64,000 bases of DNA from Candidatus Omnitrophota bacterium (GTDB taxonomy: Bacteria; Omnitrophota; Gorgyraeia; Gygaellales; Profunditerraquicolaceae), in the NCBI GenBank assembly GCA_030650425.1, contig JAUSED010000008.1, forward strand, positions 196,554 to 260,553, in the 5' to 3' direction. The position numbers and the translations under genes were made by a program. The stretch's first letter is position 1; each line of letters begins with the position of its first letter. Below the pieces are notes generated by a model that was not told where the DNA came from, did no database searches, and worked only from the letters and a program-made list of their open reading frames with translations. Below are positions 23,649-32,784 of this stretch, one piece after another.

Positions 23649-25838
23649 ATGAAGCGAATACTTTTTCTCCTGTTTTTCGTTGCTGCTATGGTGGTTTGGT
23701 GTACGCCGAGTTTTGCTGTGCAAACAGTTAACCCTGCCGGTGATACTTTGAGCGCCACCGGTGTTTCTGAGGGAGTCTTTATGAACGATGGGGGACTTGC
23801 GGATCTCTTGACTGTTGGGGCGCAGGATATCTTTACAAACAACAAAGCTAGCGAGGGTGTTGCTACGGACAAAACTCTATCTGCTGTTTACACCACCAAC
23901 TCCGCTAAATCCAGTATAACCATTACCGGTAACTCGACTGTGTATGGAAGAATCAGCGGTATAGATCCCGCAGGTGAAAAAACATTTGTCCTCATCACCG
24001 CAGGCGCTAGCGGCAATACGGTAAATTTTCTTGGAAGGGTCAATGCGACGGAAGTGGATATCGGAACCGGTACAGTAAATTTCAAAAGCGGAAACTCGAG
24101 TGACGCGAAAACGGTTATTACTGGTGTCGGCGGCACGCTCGGTCTTGATGTGAATACGACAGTCGTAGGCGCTCTCACGACTACGGCGGGAGACAATACG
24201 GGTACGTTGTCGCTTGCTAGTGGTAGTCAATTGACTGGCGCCGTTGGAGCAGGTGCTGCTAAGGTTCATACTATCAATGTTGTTGGGGGGAGTAATACTG
24301 CCGGGGTGAGAGCAGACATCGTTGGCGCGGTCTACACCCATGAATTTTCACTCTTGACGAATCATTTGGCTATTGACGGCGCTTTCACAATCGCTGCTGC
24401 CGGGACATTTAATACGACCCTGGCCGGCACGGCCTTGACGCAATACGGCCACATCACTGCGACCGGAGCCGCAAACATTGGAACAGGGATCGGGGTTCAA
24501 GTGACTGTTCCCGCGGGGACGTACATTCCGCTGGGGACCCTGTTTGATGTCGTCAACGCTACCGGCGCCATCACTGCTGATATTATTCCCACGATAACAA
24601 CCGTAGGTGATACCAATCCTCTTTATACGTTTGACGTCGAGCCTATCACTGGTACCGCAGCGGGTAAGTTAACAATAAAGACTACCGGTACACCGATACA
24701 GCCAGCGGATCCTGTTCCGGATCCTGTAGCCAATGCAGCAGCGCCTGCTTTAGGAGCTCTTCCAGCGACTGCCCCTGTTATAATTGCAATTAATGCTCTT
24801 ACTACTCCAGGCGCGGTCGCTAGCGCAGAAGCACAGCTTGCTCCGTCAACCGCGTCTTTAGCATCGCCTTTATTGACATTTCAAGGAGTTAGAGAGTTTC
24901 AGACTCTTTGGTTGAATCGTCTGGACGCGTGTGGTCAGGTTAGCTGGCCCAGCGAAAATAAAGAGAACTGTAAAGGCAGCACTGCTGATAACGGCTGGTG
25001 GCTGAAAGGCTTTGGATATTTTGGTCATCAAGATAGCAGAAGCGGTTTTACGTCGTATGATGCCAGCATTCTCGGCTCTATGATCGCTTACGACAGGTCT
25101 CTTGGCCTTAATACGCGCGCGGGCGTAGGACTTGGTTATGCTCGAACTAATATACAAGGAAAGGTGTACGACGCCAACACGCAAACCGATACCTATCGAG
25201 CAGTAGCTTACATTGGTCATGAGTTTTGGTCTTGGTTCGTTGATGCTAGTGGGTCATTTGGTTGGAATGAATACCGGGATAGGCGCCACGTTGAATTTCC
25301 CGGTATGGATACTACGGCGAAAGCCAAGTATGACGGACAGGATTACACTGCTTTTGGAAGGGTCGGGTATCATCTCCCCGCTTTTCATGAATTTATTGCC
25401 ACGCCGATGGCCTCACTTCAATATACTCGTATAAATATAAGTGGCCGCACGGAAAAGGGCTCTTCTGATGATATCAATATGAAGGTGAGATCTCAGCGTT
25501 ACGATTATCTGGAGTCTGGCTTAGGAGCTAAGGTAGAGCGCCCCTTCAACTATAATAGTAAATTCACGTTTGTTCCTGAGGCGCACTTTGAGTGGCTGCA
25601 TAAGCTTTCTAATCCAAGGATAAAACAGACTACTACGTACGTCGCAGGCTCGGATTCGTTTACAACTCCAAGTTTAAGGACGGTTGCTGATTCTTACCGT
25701 GCCGGAGTAGGCCTCAATCTTCTTTCGTGTGCCTGTAGCGCGACAATATGGTCGGTTGAAGCCGGTTACGACTATTATTGGAGAACTGACGGTTACGCCG
25801 CTAATCAGGTGTCAATGAGAGTCAGCAGGCGTTTCTAA
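23649..25838 (+). CDS. Autotransporter (type Va secretion): signal peptide, Gly/Thr/Ala/Val-rich beta-helical passenger, C-terminal 12-strand beta-barrel translocator
   Basis: Signal peptide MKRILFLLFFVAAMVVWCTPSFA; passenger rich in GT/NT/AG dipeptide repeats. The C-terminal ~280 aa has alternating hydrophobic strands (WLKGFGYFGHQDS..., GVGLGYARTN...) and ends in RRF (terminal aromatic). Confidence 0.8.
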   Translation: MKRILFLLFFVAAMVVWCTPSFAVQTVNPAGDTLSATGVSEGVFMNDGGLADLLTVGAQDIFTNNKASEGVATDKTLSAVYTTNSAKSSITITGNSTVYGRISGIDPAGEKTFVLITAGASGNTVNFLGRVNATEVDIGTGTVNFKSGNSSDAKTVITGVGGTLGLDVNTTVVGALTTTAGDNTGTLSLASGSQLTGAVGAGAAKVHTINVVGGSNTAGVRADIVGAVYTHEFSLLTNHLAIDGAFTIAAAGTFNTTLAGTALTQYGHITATGAANIGTGIGVQVTVPAGTYIPLGTLFDVVNATGAITADIIPTITTVGDTNPLYTFDVEPITGTAAGKLTIKTTGTPIQPADPVPDPVANAAAPALGALPATAPVIIAINALTTPGAVASAEAQLAPSTASLASPLLTFQGVREFQTLWLNRLDACGQVSWPSENKENCKGSTADNGWWLKGFGYFGHQDSRSGFTSYDASILGSMIAYDRSLGLNTRAGVGLGYARTNIQGKVYDANTQTDTYRAVAYIGHEFWSWFVDASGSFGWNEYRDRRHVEFPGMDTTAKAKYDGQDYTAFGRVGYHLPAFHEFIATPMASLQYTRINISGRTEKGSSDDINMKVRSQRYDYLESGLGAKVERPFNYNSKFTFVPEAHFEWLHKLSNPRIKQTTTYVAGSDSFTTPSLRTVADSYRAGVGLNLLSCACSATIWSVEAGYDYYWRTDGYAANQVSMRVSRRF

Positions 25839-25865
25839 GTTGTTGGTTGGTAATTATTGATTTTA

Positions 25866-25900
25866 AAATAGGGGACGTTTCTGAAACGTCCCCTATTTTA
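25866..25900 (+). terminator. Intrinsic terminator after the autotransporter gene: ggggacgtttc-tgaa-acgtcccc followed by TATTTTAT
   Basis: Perfect 11-bp stem with a 3-4-nt loop and a T-rich tail. Confidence 0.7.
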
Positions 25901-25955
25901 TGATTATACCTAGGTACAATTGATTTAATTTCTGTCGTTTCTATAATAACACTAT
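25901..25955 (+). promoter_or_regulatory. Copy 4 of the conserved promoter/operator element (tGATTATACCTAGGTACAATTGATTtaatttctgtcgtttcTATAAT)
   Basis: TTGATT 25920-25925, 16-nt spacer, TATAAT 25942-25947. Nearly identical to copy 2. Confidence 0.55.
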
Positions 25956-26017
25956 GAAGTCAGAAAAGTTGTAGATTAATTAAAGGAAGGCGGCGGTTAA
26001 AAAACAGGAGGTGGGTT

Positions 26018-27190
26018 ATGAAGAAGCTAGCATTAGTACTAGTAGTGGTATTGAGTGTGGCAATCTTGGGTAGAGCGTATGCTGAGACGGTAGGGGCAAC
26101 GGCGCCTATTACCGCGCAGGCGCACAAAGTTTTTGAGGTATATGTGGACAGGAGTTCCCCTGAGAATCACTACATTCTTTCCGGATGGATGGGTGACTAC
26201 GGTGATATTAAACTGAACGATCAGTTTGCGCAGGATTCACATTCAGGTTCTTCCTGCATCGAGTTTGTGTATAGCGCGAAGCAGTCACAAGGGCAGGGAT
26301 GGGCAGGGGTGTATTGGCAGAATCCTACGAATAATTGGGGTTCGAAAAAAGGCGGATTTGATTTAGCCGGTATGAACAAACTTACCTTTTGGGCGCGCGG
26401 CGCAAAGGGCACAGAGAAAATCCAGAAATTCATCGTGGGTGGGATAAAAGGCGTGTATTCAGATTCCGCTGTGGTGGAAATAGGCCCTATAGAGCTTACG
26501 GATCAATGGAAAGAATATAGTATAAACCTTACGGGAAAAGATCTTACCTATATTAGTGGAGGGTTCGGTTGGACAATTACCGCGGATCTTAATCCTCAAG
26601 GGGCTATTTTTTATGTCGATGACATCAGATTCCAGGCAGATCCCGCTATGAAACCCGCGATCAGGGTTCAGGAAGCAATGCCGTTTTATGTCTATCAGGA
26701 TAAAGCTTCCATGAAGAACCATTTTATTCCTTCCGGATGGATGGGGGATTCTGATGATCTAAAACTGGATACCGGCTCAACAGAAATGCCGTATCTGGGT
26801 GATAGCTGTATAAAGATTATCTATAGCGGCAAGGGTGCTCAAGGTGGGCGCTGGGCCGGAATTTACTGGCAGCAGCCTGCGAACAACTGGGGAACGGTGG
26901 ATGCAGGGGTTAATCTTTCTAAGGCTAGCAAGCTTACCTTTTGGGCGCGCGGAGCAAAGGGGGGTGAGCGGATTGAGGAATTTAAGATCGGTGAGATTAA
27001 GGGCGTGTATGGTGATTCTGGCGACGCGGGTATTTACAACATTATTTTGAACAAAGAATGGACTAAGCATACCATCGATTTGAAGGGCAAGGATCTCTCC
27101 TATATCATTGGCGGTTTTTGCTGGGCAATGAGTGCGGATTTTAACGCAGGGGGCGCGACGTTTTATCTGGATGAGATAAGATATGAATAA
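26018..27190 (+). CDS. Secreted protein of two tandem ~170-aa beta-sandwich (CBM/galactose-binding-like) domains
   Basis: Signal peptide. An internal duplication gives H(Y/F)I(L/P)SGWMGD...(C/S)CI(E/K)(F/I)(V/I)YS...W(Q/Q)(N/Q)P(T/A)NNWG...KLTFWARGAKG...(F/F)(I/K)(V/I)G(G/E)IKGVY(S/G)DS twice. Confidence 0.55.
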   Translation: MKKLALVLVVVLSVAILGRAYAETVGATAPITAQAHKVFEVYVDRSSPENHYILSGWMGDYGDIKLNDQFAQDSHSGSSCIEFVYSAKQSQGQGWAGVYWQNPTNNWGSKKGGFDLAGMNKLTFWARGAKGTEKIQKFIVGGIKGVYSDSAVVEIGPIELTDQWKEYSINLTGKDLTYISGGFGWTITADLNPQGAIFYVDDIRFQADPAMKPAIRVQEAMPFYVYQDKASMKNHFIPSGWMGDSDDLKLDTGSTEMPYLGDSCIKIIYSGKGAQGGRWAGIYWQQPANNWGTVDAGVNLSKASKLTFWARGAKGGERIEEFKIGEIKGVYGDSGDAGIYNIILNKEWTKHTIDLKGKDLSYIIGGFCWAMSADFNAGGATFYLDEIRYE

Positions 27191-27239
27191 AACAGCATCG
27201 CGGCAGTTTATAGGGCGGCGAAAAACAAAGGAGCTACAA

Positions 27240-27779
27240 ATGAAAAAAAGGTATTTTCTGTTTTTAACGGCAATTCTTACCTATCTGGCCTTATCTGTGA
27301 GCGTCGTATTGGCTGAAGATGTTCTAGTGCAGTTGAGGCTTGACAAAACAACCACTAAAGGTTTAGGCAGTAATGGAACACAGAGCTTTGAACCGGTCAG
27401 GTTCTCTTTAGTGATCCAGAATCTTTCTGATAAGCAGCAATTAGTCAGCCCAAGAATGGTTTATAACTTCAGCTTACAGAAACTTGAACCATGGGTAACC
27501 GGATTGGATCCCCGGCGCGCGTCCTACTATCCGATTGTAGCCACCGGCCAGATGAAAGCGATTGGCCAGCGCTATGGGCCTTACCTGACAATTGAGCCGC
27601 ATACAGAACTAGTGATAGGTTACGGGACGCTTCCTGATGATATAAAGCAGTATGCTGATAATTATAAGGGGCATTTGATACCGGGCGTCTACAATTTGTG
27701 GGTAAGTTTTCCTACCGGGCTTACCGGTACATCTGATAGTACTTCGGTTAGCACGCTTTTATTTGTGGCGAAAGAATAA
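27240..27779 (+). CDS. Secreted hypothetical protein (179 aa)
   Basis: ATG at 27240 preceded by an AAAGGAG RBS; signal peptide FLFLTAILTYLALSVSVVLA. The ORF-track start at 27183 lacks an RBS. Confidence 0.45.
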   Translation: MKKRYFLFLTAILTYLALSVSVVLAEDVLVQLRLDKTTTKGLGSNGTQSFEPVRFSLVIQNLSDKQQLVSPRMVYNFSLQKLEPWVTGLDPRRASYYPIVATGQMKAIGQRYGPYLTIEPHTELVIGYGTLPDDIKQYADNYKGHLIPGVYNLWVSFPTGLTGTSDSTSVSTLLFVAKE

Positions 27780-27817
27780 GGGTGAGGGCAAAAGAATAAC
27801 CTAAGGAGGCCGGCGAA

Positions 27818-28189
27818 ATGCCATCAGAGAATAATCAAGTTTTTATTGTGGATGACGATGTTTCAGTATGCCGGGCGCTGAGCGTGCTGCTGGTTACGTA
27901 TGGGTTTATTGTGGATACTTTTACTTCCACAGAGGATTTTTTTCGCGTTGTGCCTAATAGCGCTCCCGGTTGTTTACTCTTGGATATCCATATGCCGACA
28001 CTAGACGGATGGGAAACGCTGCGGCAGCTTCTTGAGTCAGGTTCCAGCCGTCCGGTTATTATTATGTCCGCGGATAAAAACGGAGGGCTTAACGAGAAGG
28101 CTTTAAAAGCAGGGGCTGTGGGATTTTTACAAAAACCTTTTAATGATCAGGCATTGGTTGATTTTATAAATATTGCATTTAAAAAGTAA
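27818..28189 (+). CDS. Stand-alone CheY-like receiver domain protein. Its N-terminus is paralogous to the FixJ-like regulators (VFIVDDDVSVCRALSVLL).
   Basis: 123 aa; contains the conserved Asp pocket (DDD ... LLDIHMPTLDG) and a Lys (LQKP). Confidence 0.75.
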   Translation: MPSENNQVFIVDDDVSVCRALSVLLVTYGFIVDTFTSTEDFFRVVPNSAPGCLLLDIHMPTLDGWETLRQLLESGSSRPVIIMSADKNGGLNEKALKAGAVGFLQKPFNDQALVDFINIAFKK

Positions 28190-28320
28190 AGACAGGTTTT
28201 TGTCCATCTCGTTAGTAGAAAAAAGGCAGGAAAAAGTAGAATTAGTCCATCCCGGCCATCCACATATTTTCTATATAGTTATAATAACTTGTGTTATAAT
28301 TACCTGTAAAGGAGGGAAAT

Positions 28321-28485
28321 ATGTTACGTTGGACAGTTACATTCTTTGTTATCGCGATTGTCGCGGCGCTGTTTGGATTCACGCAAATCGCGGGTTCGGC
28401 TATGGATATCGCTAAAATTTTGTTCTTTATTTTCTTAGTTTTGGCGATTATCATTTTTATTTTTGGAAGGAAACGGTTCGTATAG
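28321..28485 (+). CDS. UPF0391/YtjA-family small membrane protein (54 aa)
   Basis: [54 protein letters not shown] matches the family pattern (MxRW ... ALFGF ... IAG ... [11 protein letters not shown]). An AAAGGAGGG RBS lies 5 nt upstream. Not in the ORF track (<60 aa). Confidence 0.6.
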   Translation: MLRWTVTFFVIAIVAALFGFTQIAGSAMDIAKILFFIFLVLAIIIFIFGRKRFV

Positions 28486-28717
28486 CTGTTAGGAAACAAA
28501 TAAAGAAGAATTGGCTATTTTAACATTAATTTTTCCTGTCGCCGGTATGGCGATTTATTTTAACCGGCAGGAAGAGATATCTTAAAAGGAGGGCGATATC
28601 AGGCAAAAGAAGTTAGATTATTTACTTATAGCAATAACCTGTTTTTTAGCATCAGGGTGCGTCCATGCGCGGCATGCTGTACCGGAAAATCTTGTCGGCA
28701 CGGCCGTCGTTGTCGGT

Positions 28718-29776
28718 ATGCCGGATATACGCTACTATACTGGTAAGTCCGTTTCTTCCTTTATGCGGCAGAGTTTGGCAGATTCGTTTAAAGATGAGGG
28801 TAAATCAGGCTATCTAGCCGATGGCATAAAGACTTATGCCGCGCTCATTATCGGAGGCGGAGTATCGAACAGCGCCTACGGTATAGGGCTATTAAAAGGG
28901 TGGTTAAAGGAAGGCTCTCGGCCAGTATTTAAGATGGTTACAGGATACTCTAGCGGGTCGATCCTTGCTGTTGCCGTGTTTTCAGGTAAAGATTATGAAG
29001 AGCGGCTTGCGGACCTGTTTACCTCGATATCGACCAAAGATGTCGTGAAACAAAGGAGCAGTTTTGCCCTTTTGTTCGGAGATTCTGTAGTGAGCTCAGC
29101 CCCGTTAGCTAAAAAAATTGATGATATTGTGGATGAGGATTTAATGGCGAGGATCGCGCAAGAATACAGGAAGGGACGCAGGCTATATGTGGGAACCACG
29201 GATTTTGACGCCCAGGGGTTTGTTATATGGGACATGGGAGCGCTTGCTTCCATTGGAGGCCATGATTCGGTGAAGATGTTTCGCAAAATAATTCTGGCTT
29301 CATGCTCGTTTCCAGCTATGCTTCCTCCGGTCTATTTTCAAGTTGAAGCCGGCAACAGGCGTTATGACGAGATGCATGTTGATGGCGGGGTGATGGGCGG
29401 AGTTTTTTATATTCATCAGTTAATGGAAGGTGCAGGGCCCAAAGGATTCAGAACACGTCTATATATCCTAAATCTGTGCTATATGTCGCCGCATTCCAAA
29501 CAGGTAGAAGACAATCTGGTAGCGATAACCTCGCGTCTGATCGAAACCAATGGAGCTTCAAAAATGATCGGGGATACTTACAGGCTTTACGCTTTCGCTA
29601 ATGAAAAAGGATGGGATTATAATCTAGCGTATATTCCAGAAGATTTCAAACCCTATCAAAAAGAGATGTTTGACAGGCAGGAAATGCAAAGGCTCTTTAA
29701 GCGCGGATATGACGACGCGGTAAGAGGGTATAAGTGGCACAAGGCTCCACCAGGGCTTGTATCAGAGGGTAAATAA
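28718..29776 (+). CDS. Patatin-like phospholipase. The in-frame upstream region encodes a lipoprotein signal (LLIAITCFLASGC) but has no canonical start codon.
   Basis: Glycine-rich loop IIGGGVSNSAYG, nucleophile elbow GYSSGS, catalytic DGG in HVDGGVMGG. The frame is open from 28586 with an AAAGGAGGG RBS at 28585-28593 and an ATC codon at 28598. Confidence 0.75.
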   Translation: MPDIRYYTGKSVSSFMRQSLADSFKDEGKSGYLADGIKTYAALIIGGGVSNSAYGIGLLKGWLKEGSRPVFKMVTGYSSGSILAVAVFSGKDYEERLADLFTSISTKDVVKQRSSFALLFGDSVVSSAPLAKKIDDIVDEDLMARIAQEYRKGRRLYVGTTDFDAQGFVIWDMGALASIGGHDSVKMFRKIILASCSFPAMLPPVYFQVEAGNRRYDEMHVDGGVMGGVFYIHQLMEGAGPKGFRTRLYILNLCYMSPHSKQVEDNLVAITSRLIETNGASKMIGDTYRLYAFANEKGWDYNLAYIPEDFKPYQKEMFDRQEMQRLFKRGYDDAVRGYKWHKAPPGLVSEGK

Positions 29777-29832
29777 GACTACAGCCGAACCTATCGGATG
29801 ATTCGGTGTTCATTAACTATGAAGGAGGATAT

Positions 29833-30027
29833 ATGAATAAGGGAATGTCAGTTGGGCTTTTGGTTGCAGGAGTTATTTTGTTAGTTTTTGGGTTAAATGC
29901 CTATCATTCGGCTAGCTCAGATGTTCAGCGTTTTTTCACCGGTGCACCTACAGACAAGGCGCTCTGGCTTATAATTCTTGGAGTGGTCGTTAGCATAGTC
30001 GGTGTATTTGGTTTAGCTAAAAAGTAA
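29833..30027 (+). CDS. Small two-TM membrane protein (64 aa, DUF3185-like)
   Basis: ATG at 29833 lies 6 nt after a GAAGGAGG RBS; two hydrophobic helices. Confidence 0.45.
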   Translation: MNKGMSVGLLVAGVILLVFGLNAYHSASSDVQRFFTGAPTDKALWLIILGVVVSIVGVFGLAKK

Positions 30028-30087
30028 GAAAGATTCTATCTGAGAGAGAATGAGCGGAATTGACTAATATTTTGTAAGGAGAAATTT

Positions 30088-32784
30088 TTGAAAACTGATT
30101 CGCACGGCAGAAAAGAGATTTTTCGGTTTTTAATTTCGGGGTCTATTGTCAATGCGATAGACTTTAGTGTTTATTATATTCTATTTCATTTTCTCCCCTT
30201 TAGTGTATCTAAAGGCATCTCTTTTACGTGTGCGGGGATTGTGGGGTATTTCCTTATTAAGTTTTTTACGTTTAAACAGAATAAACCACTATCGTATGTT
30301 GAAGTTGGCCAGTATGCACTAATTAATTCTTTAGCCTTAGGTATTAATGTTTTAACAAATCAAAGTATCCTTAAGCTTTGGCACGGAAATATTATTTTAG
30401 CTTTAATAATCGCGACAATATTAACAGGTTTGTTTACCTATACTTGTTTTAAATGGTGGGTTTTTAGAACATTAAAAAAAGAGATTTATTTTGGGTCATG
30501 GAAATGGTTTATTCTGAAATTTATAGTAAGGGTTGTTGCGCACAAACAGGGATTTCTGGATCCTTTTAAACTCATTTCGCAGTTGCAGAATTTTGAGCAG
30601 CCTTCGGAGGTGATAGCTCCGAAGGAACTGTTGCGTTCAGGCGTTGTCTTACACGCTCGCGGCTTGATCAATAGCTTAGCCATACAGTATAACCTTGATT
30701 GGATCTGGCCATATTGGGTGGAATGTCAATATAACCCACGAAGCGAGGCGTTTATCCCACGGGCATTTTCTTTAACTCAAATTAATCTTACTCATAGAAA
30801 TTGGACAGCTTTAGGAGTTCCCGACGGCACTGAATTTCCTCTTGTAGATCCTCGCGGTCTCGTTACTCCCTTTTATGATGGCTGGTCTATTGATGTTTGG
30901 ATAATTCCAGAAGTTGGAGAACCATTAATCCCGTCGCGCCTGCCTGCCGGACAGGCAGGCAGTCCAAACGTTTCGCAAAAGTTGGATTTTGATGATAATC
31001 TTTGCGTGATTACAGAATCAAGCCTTGGTAAATTAAAGCTTAAATCGGAAGCGCGAGTCATAGGTTCAGCTCAAACGCCTCTTTGTCAGGTTGAAATCAC
31101 AGGAACTGCAGGCGTCAAGGCGCGGCTAATCGTTTCTCTCAGGCCTTATAACCCCGAAGGCGTGAACTTCATAAATAGCATTACTCTCCTTGGAGATTCG
31201 TTGGGCTGGAAAGTAAATCAAAAAGATCTTGTCTATTTTGATAAATCTCCGGAATATTACGTATTTTCAGACTATCGTCGAGGAGATGTGTATAGCCGAT
31301 TGTCTTTGAAGGAAAATGAAAGCGAAGTTTCGTCTAAAGTCGGTATGGCCAGTGCAGCAGCCGTTTTTATATTGGAAGCAGAAATTCCGCAAGAAATTAC
31401 CATTTCAGTACCTTTAACGAAAAATAAGATTGAAAAAGAATCATTTTTGGGCTATCAAGAAACTGCAAAAGTTGCGTGGAAGAAAAGCCTTCAAGGTACC
31501 TGTTCCTTACAAATTCCAGATGAAAGTTTTAAGTTTCTTTACGATACCGCAATTCGAACCATGGTTTTGCATTCTCCTAAGGAAGTTTACCCCGGTCCTT
31601 ATATTTACCGAAGGTTTTGGTTTCGTGATGGTGCTTTTATATTGAATGCCATGCTGTGTGTCGGGTTAAAGGAACGTGTTCGACGAGCCTTGGATTGTTT
31701 CCGCTTGCGTCAGACAGCTCAGGGTTATTTTCTTTCCCAGGAAGGGGAATGGGATTCTAACGGCGAGGCCTTGTGGATTATGCGTCAGTATTGCCAGATG
31801 ACGGGAAATGTCCCGCCCGAAGAGTGGGGAAAATCAATCAAAAAAGCGGGAAAGTGGATTTATAAGAAGCTCTTGCCTAGTAATTTGCAATCTCCCCATG
31901 CAGGCTTGTTACCTTCGGGATTTAGCGCCGAGCATTTGGGGCCGAATGATTTTTATTATTGGGATGACTTTTGGGCTGTTGCGGGATTGAAAGCAGCGGC
32001 GTTTTTGTGTACTGCTTATAAGGAGCATGACGAGGTTATTACTTTTGAAAGGGAATCACATGTTTTATTGGAGAGTATTAATCAAAGTTTAAAAATAGCG
32101 GAAGAACGTTTAGAAAGGCTTGCGATACCAGCCTCTCCATATCGGCGCATGGATTCAGGAGCGATCGGCTCTTTGGCTGCCAGTTATCCTCTTCGTATTT
32201 TTGAACAGAATGATCAAAGAATTTTGGGCACAGCAGATTTTTTAATGAAAAATTGTTTAGTTAATGGAGGTTTTTTCCATGATATGACCCATTCAGGGAT
32301 TAATCCTTATCTTACGTTGCACTTAGCTCAAGTGTTTTTACGCGCGGGGGACCCCAGGTATTTTGGTTTGATGACAGCAGTGGCTAAATTGGCAACACCT
32401 ACAGGACAATGGCCGGAGTCGGTGCACCCGCGTACAGGGGGCGGATGCATGGGTGACGGACAGCATGCCTGGGCCGCAGCGGAATGGGTAATGATTATCA
32501 GAAATTGTTTCGTGCGGGAAGAAGAGAACCGCTTAATTTTATGTTCGGGAATCCCGCGAGCCTGGCTTGATAAAAATGAAACTATTGCCTTTGGGCCTGC
32601 GCCGACAAGTTTTGGGGATATTCAAATTTACCTAAAACCACGAGGGGAAAATATCCTTATAGAATGGCGAGGAACTTGGTTTGCACAAGAACCGCCTATT
32701 GATATCCAATTACCCGGTTTTAAGAGCGCGAGAATTACGCCCGCGACAAATTCTCTTGAATTAAAAATTGAGGCGGATAAATGA
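30088..32784 (+). CDS. Fusion of an N-terminal GtrA-like four-TM domain with a large (alpha/alpha)6-barrel-type glycoside-hydrolase-like domain
   Basis: N-terminal FLISGSIVNAIDFSVYYILFHF... is GtrA-like. The remaining ~750 aa has GH63/GH15/GH116-like features (YWDDFWAVAGL, GGFFHDMTHSG, GQHAWAAAEW). TTG start with a GGAG RBS. Confidence 0.5.
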   Translation: MKTDSHGRKEIFRFLISGSIVNAIDFSVYYILFHFLPFSVSKGISFTCAGIVGYFLIKFFTFKQNKPLSYVEVGQYALINSLALGINVLTNQSILKLWHGNIILALIIATILTGLFTYTCFKWWVFRTLKKEIYFGSWKWFILKFIVRVVAHKQGFLDPFKLISQLQNFEQPSEVIAPKELLRSGVVLHARGLINSLAIQYNLDWIWPYWVECQYNPRSEAFIPRAFSLTQINLTHRNWTALGVPDGTEFPLVDPRGLVTPFYDGWSIDVWIIPEVGEPLIPSRLPAGQAGSPNVSQKLDFDDNLCVITESSLGKLKLKSEARVIGSAQTPLCQVEITGTAGVKARLIVSLRPYNPEGVNFINSITLLGDSLGWKVNQKDLVYFDKSPEYYVFSDYRRGDVYSRLSLKENESEVSSKVGMASAAAVFILEAEIPQEITISVPLTKNKIEKESFLGYQETAKVAWKKSLQGTCSLQIPDESFKFLYDTAIRTMVLHSPKEVYPGPYIYRRFWFRDGAFILNAMLCVGLKERVRRALDCFRLRQTAQGYFLSQEGEWDSNGEALWIMRQYCQMTGNVPPEEWGKSIKKAGKWIYKKLLPSNLQSPHAGLLPSGFSAEHLGPNDFYYWDDFWAVAGLKAAAFLCTAYKEHDEVITFERESHVLLESINQSLKIAEERLERLAIPASPYRRMDSGAIGSLAASYPLRIFEQNDQRILGTADFLMKNCLVNGGFFHDMTHSGINPYLTLHLAQVFLRAGDPRYFGLMTAVAKLATPTGQWPESVHPRTGGGCMGDGQHAWAAAEWVMIIRNCFVREEENRLILCSGIPRAWLDKNETIAFGPAPTSFGDIQIYLKPRGENILIEWRGTWFAQEPPIDIQLPGFKSARITPATNSLELKIEADK

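Noticed and set aside
23649-25838. Autotransporter passenger as a possible RTX or adhesin repeat protein
   Set aside because: No GGxGxD nonapeptide repeats or regular tandem repeats. The C-terminus has a clear autotransporter beta-domain, so the simple Va call is preferred.
28173-28499. ORFs 28173..28415 (+) and 28242..28499 (-)
   Set aside because: They overlap the much better supported UPF0391/YtjA-like mini-gene at 28321..28485, which has a perfect RBS and family-typical sequence.
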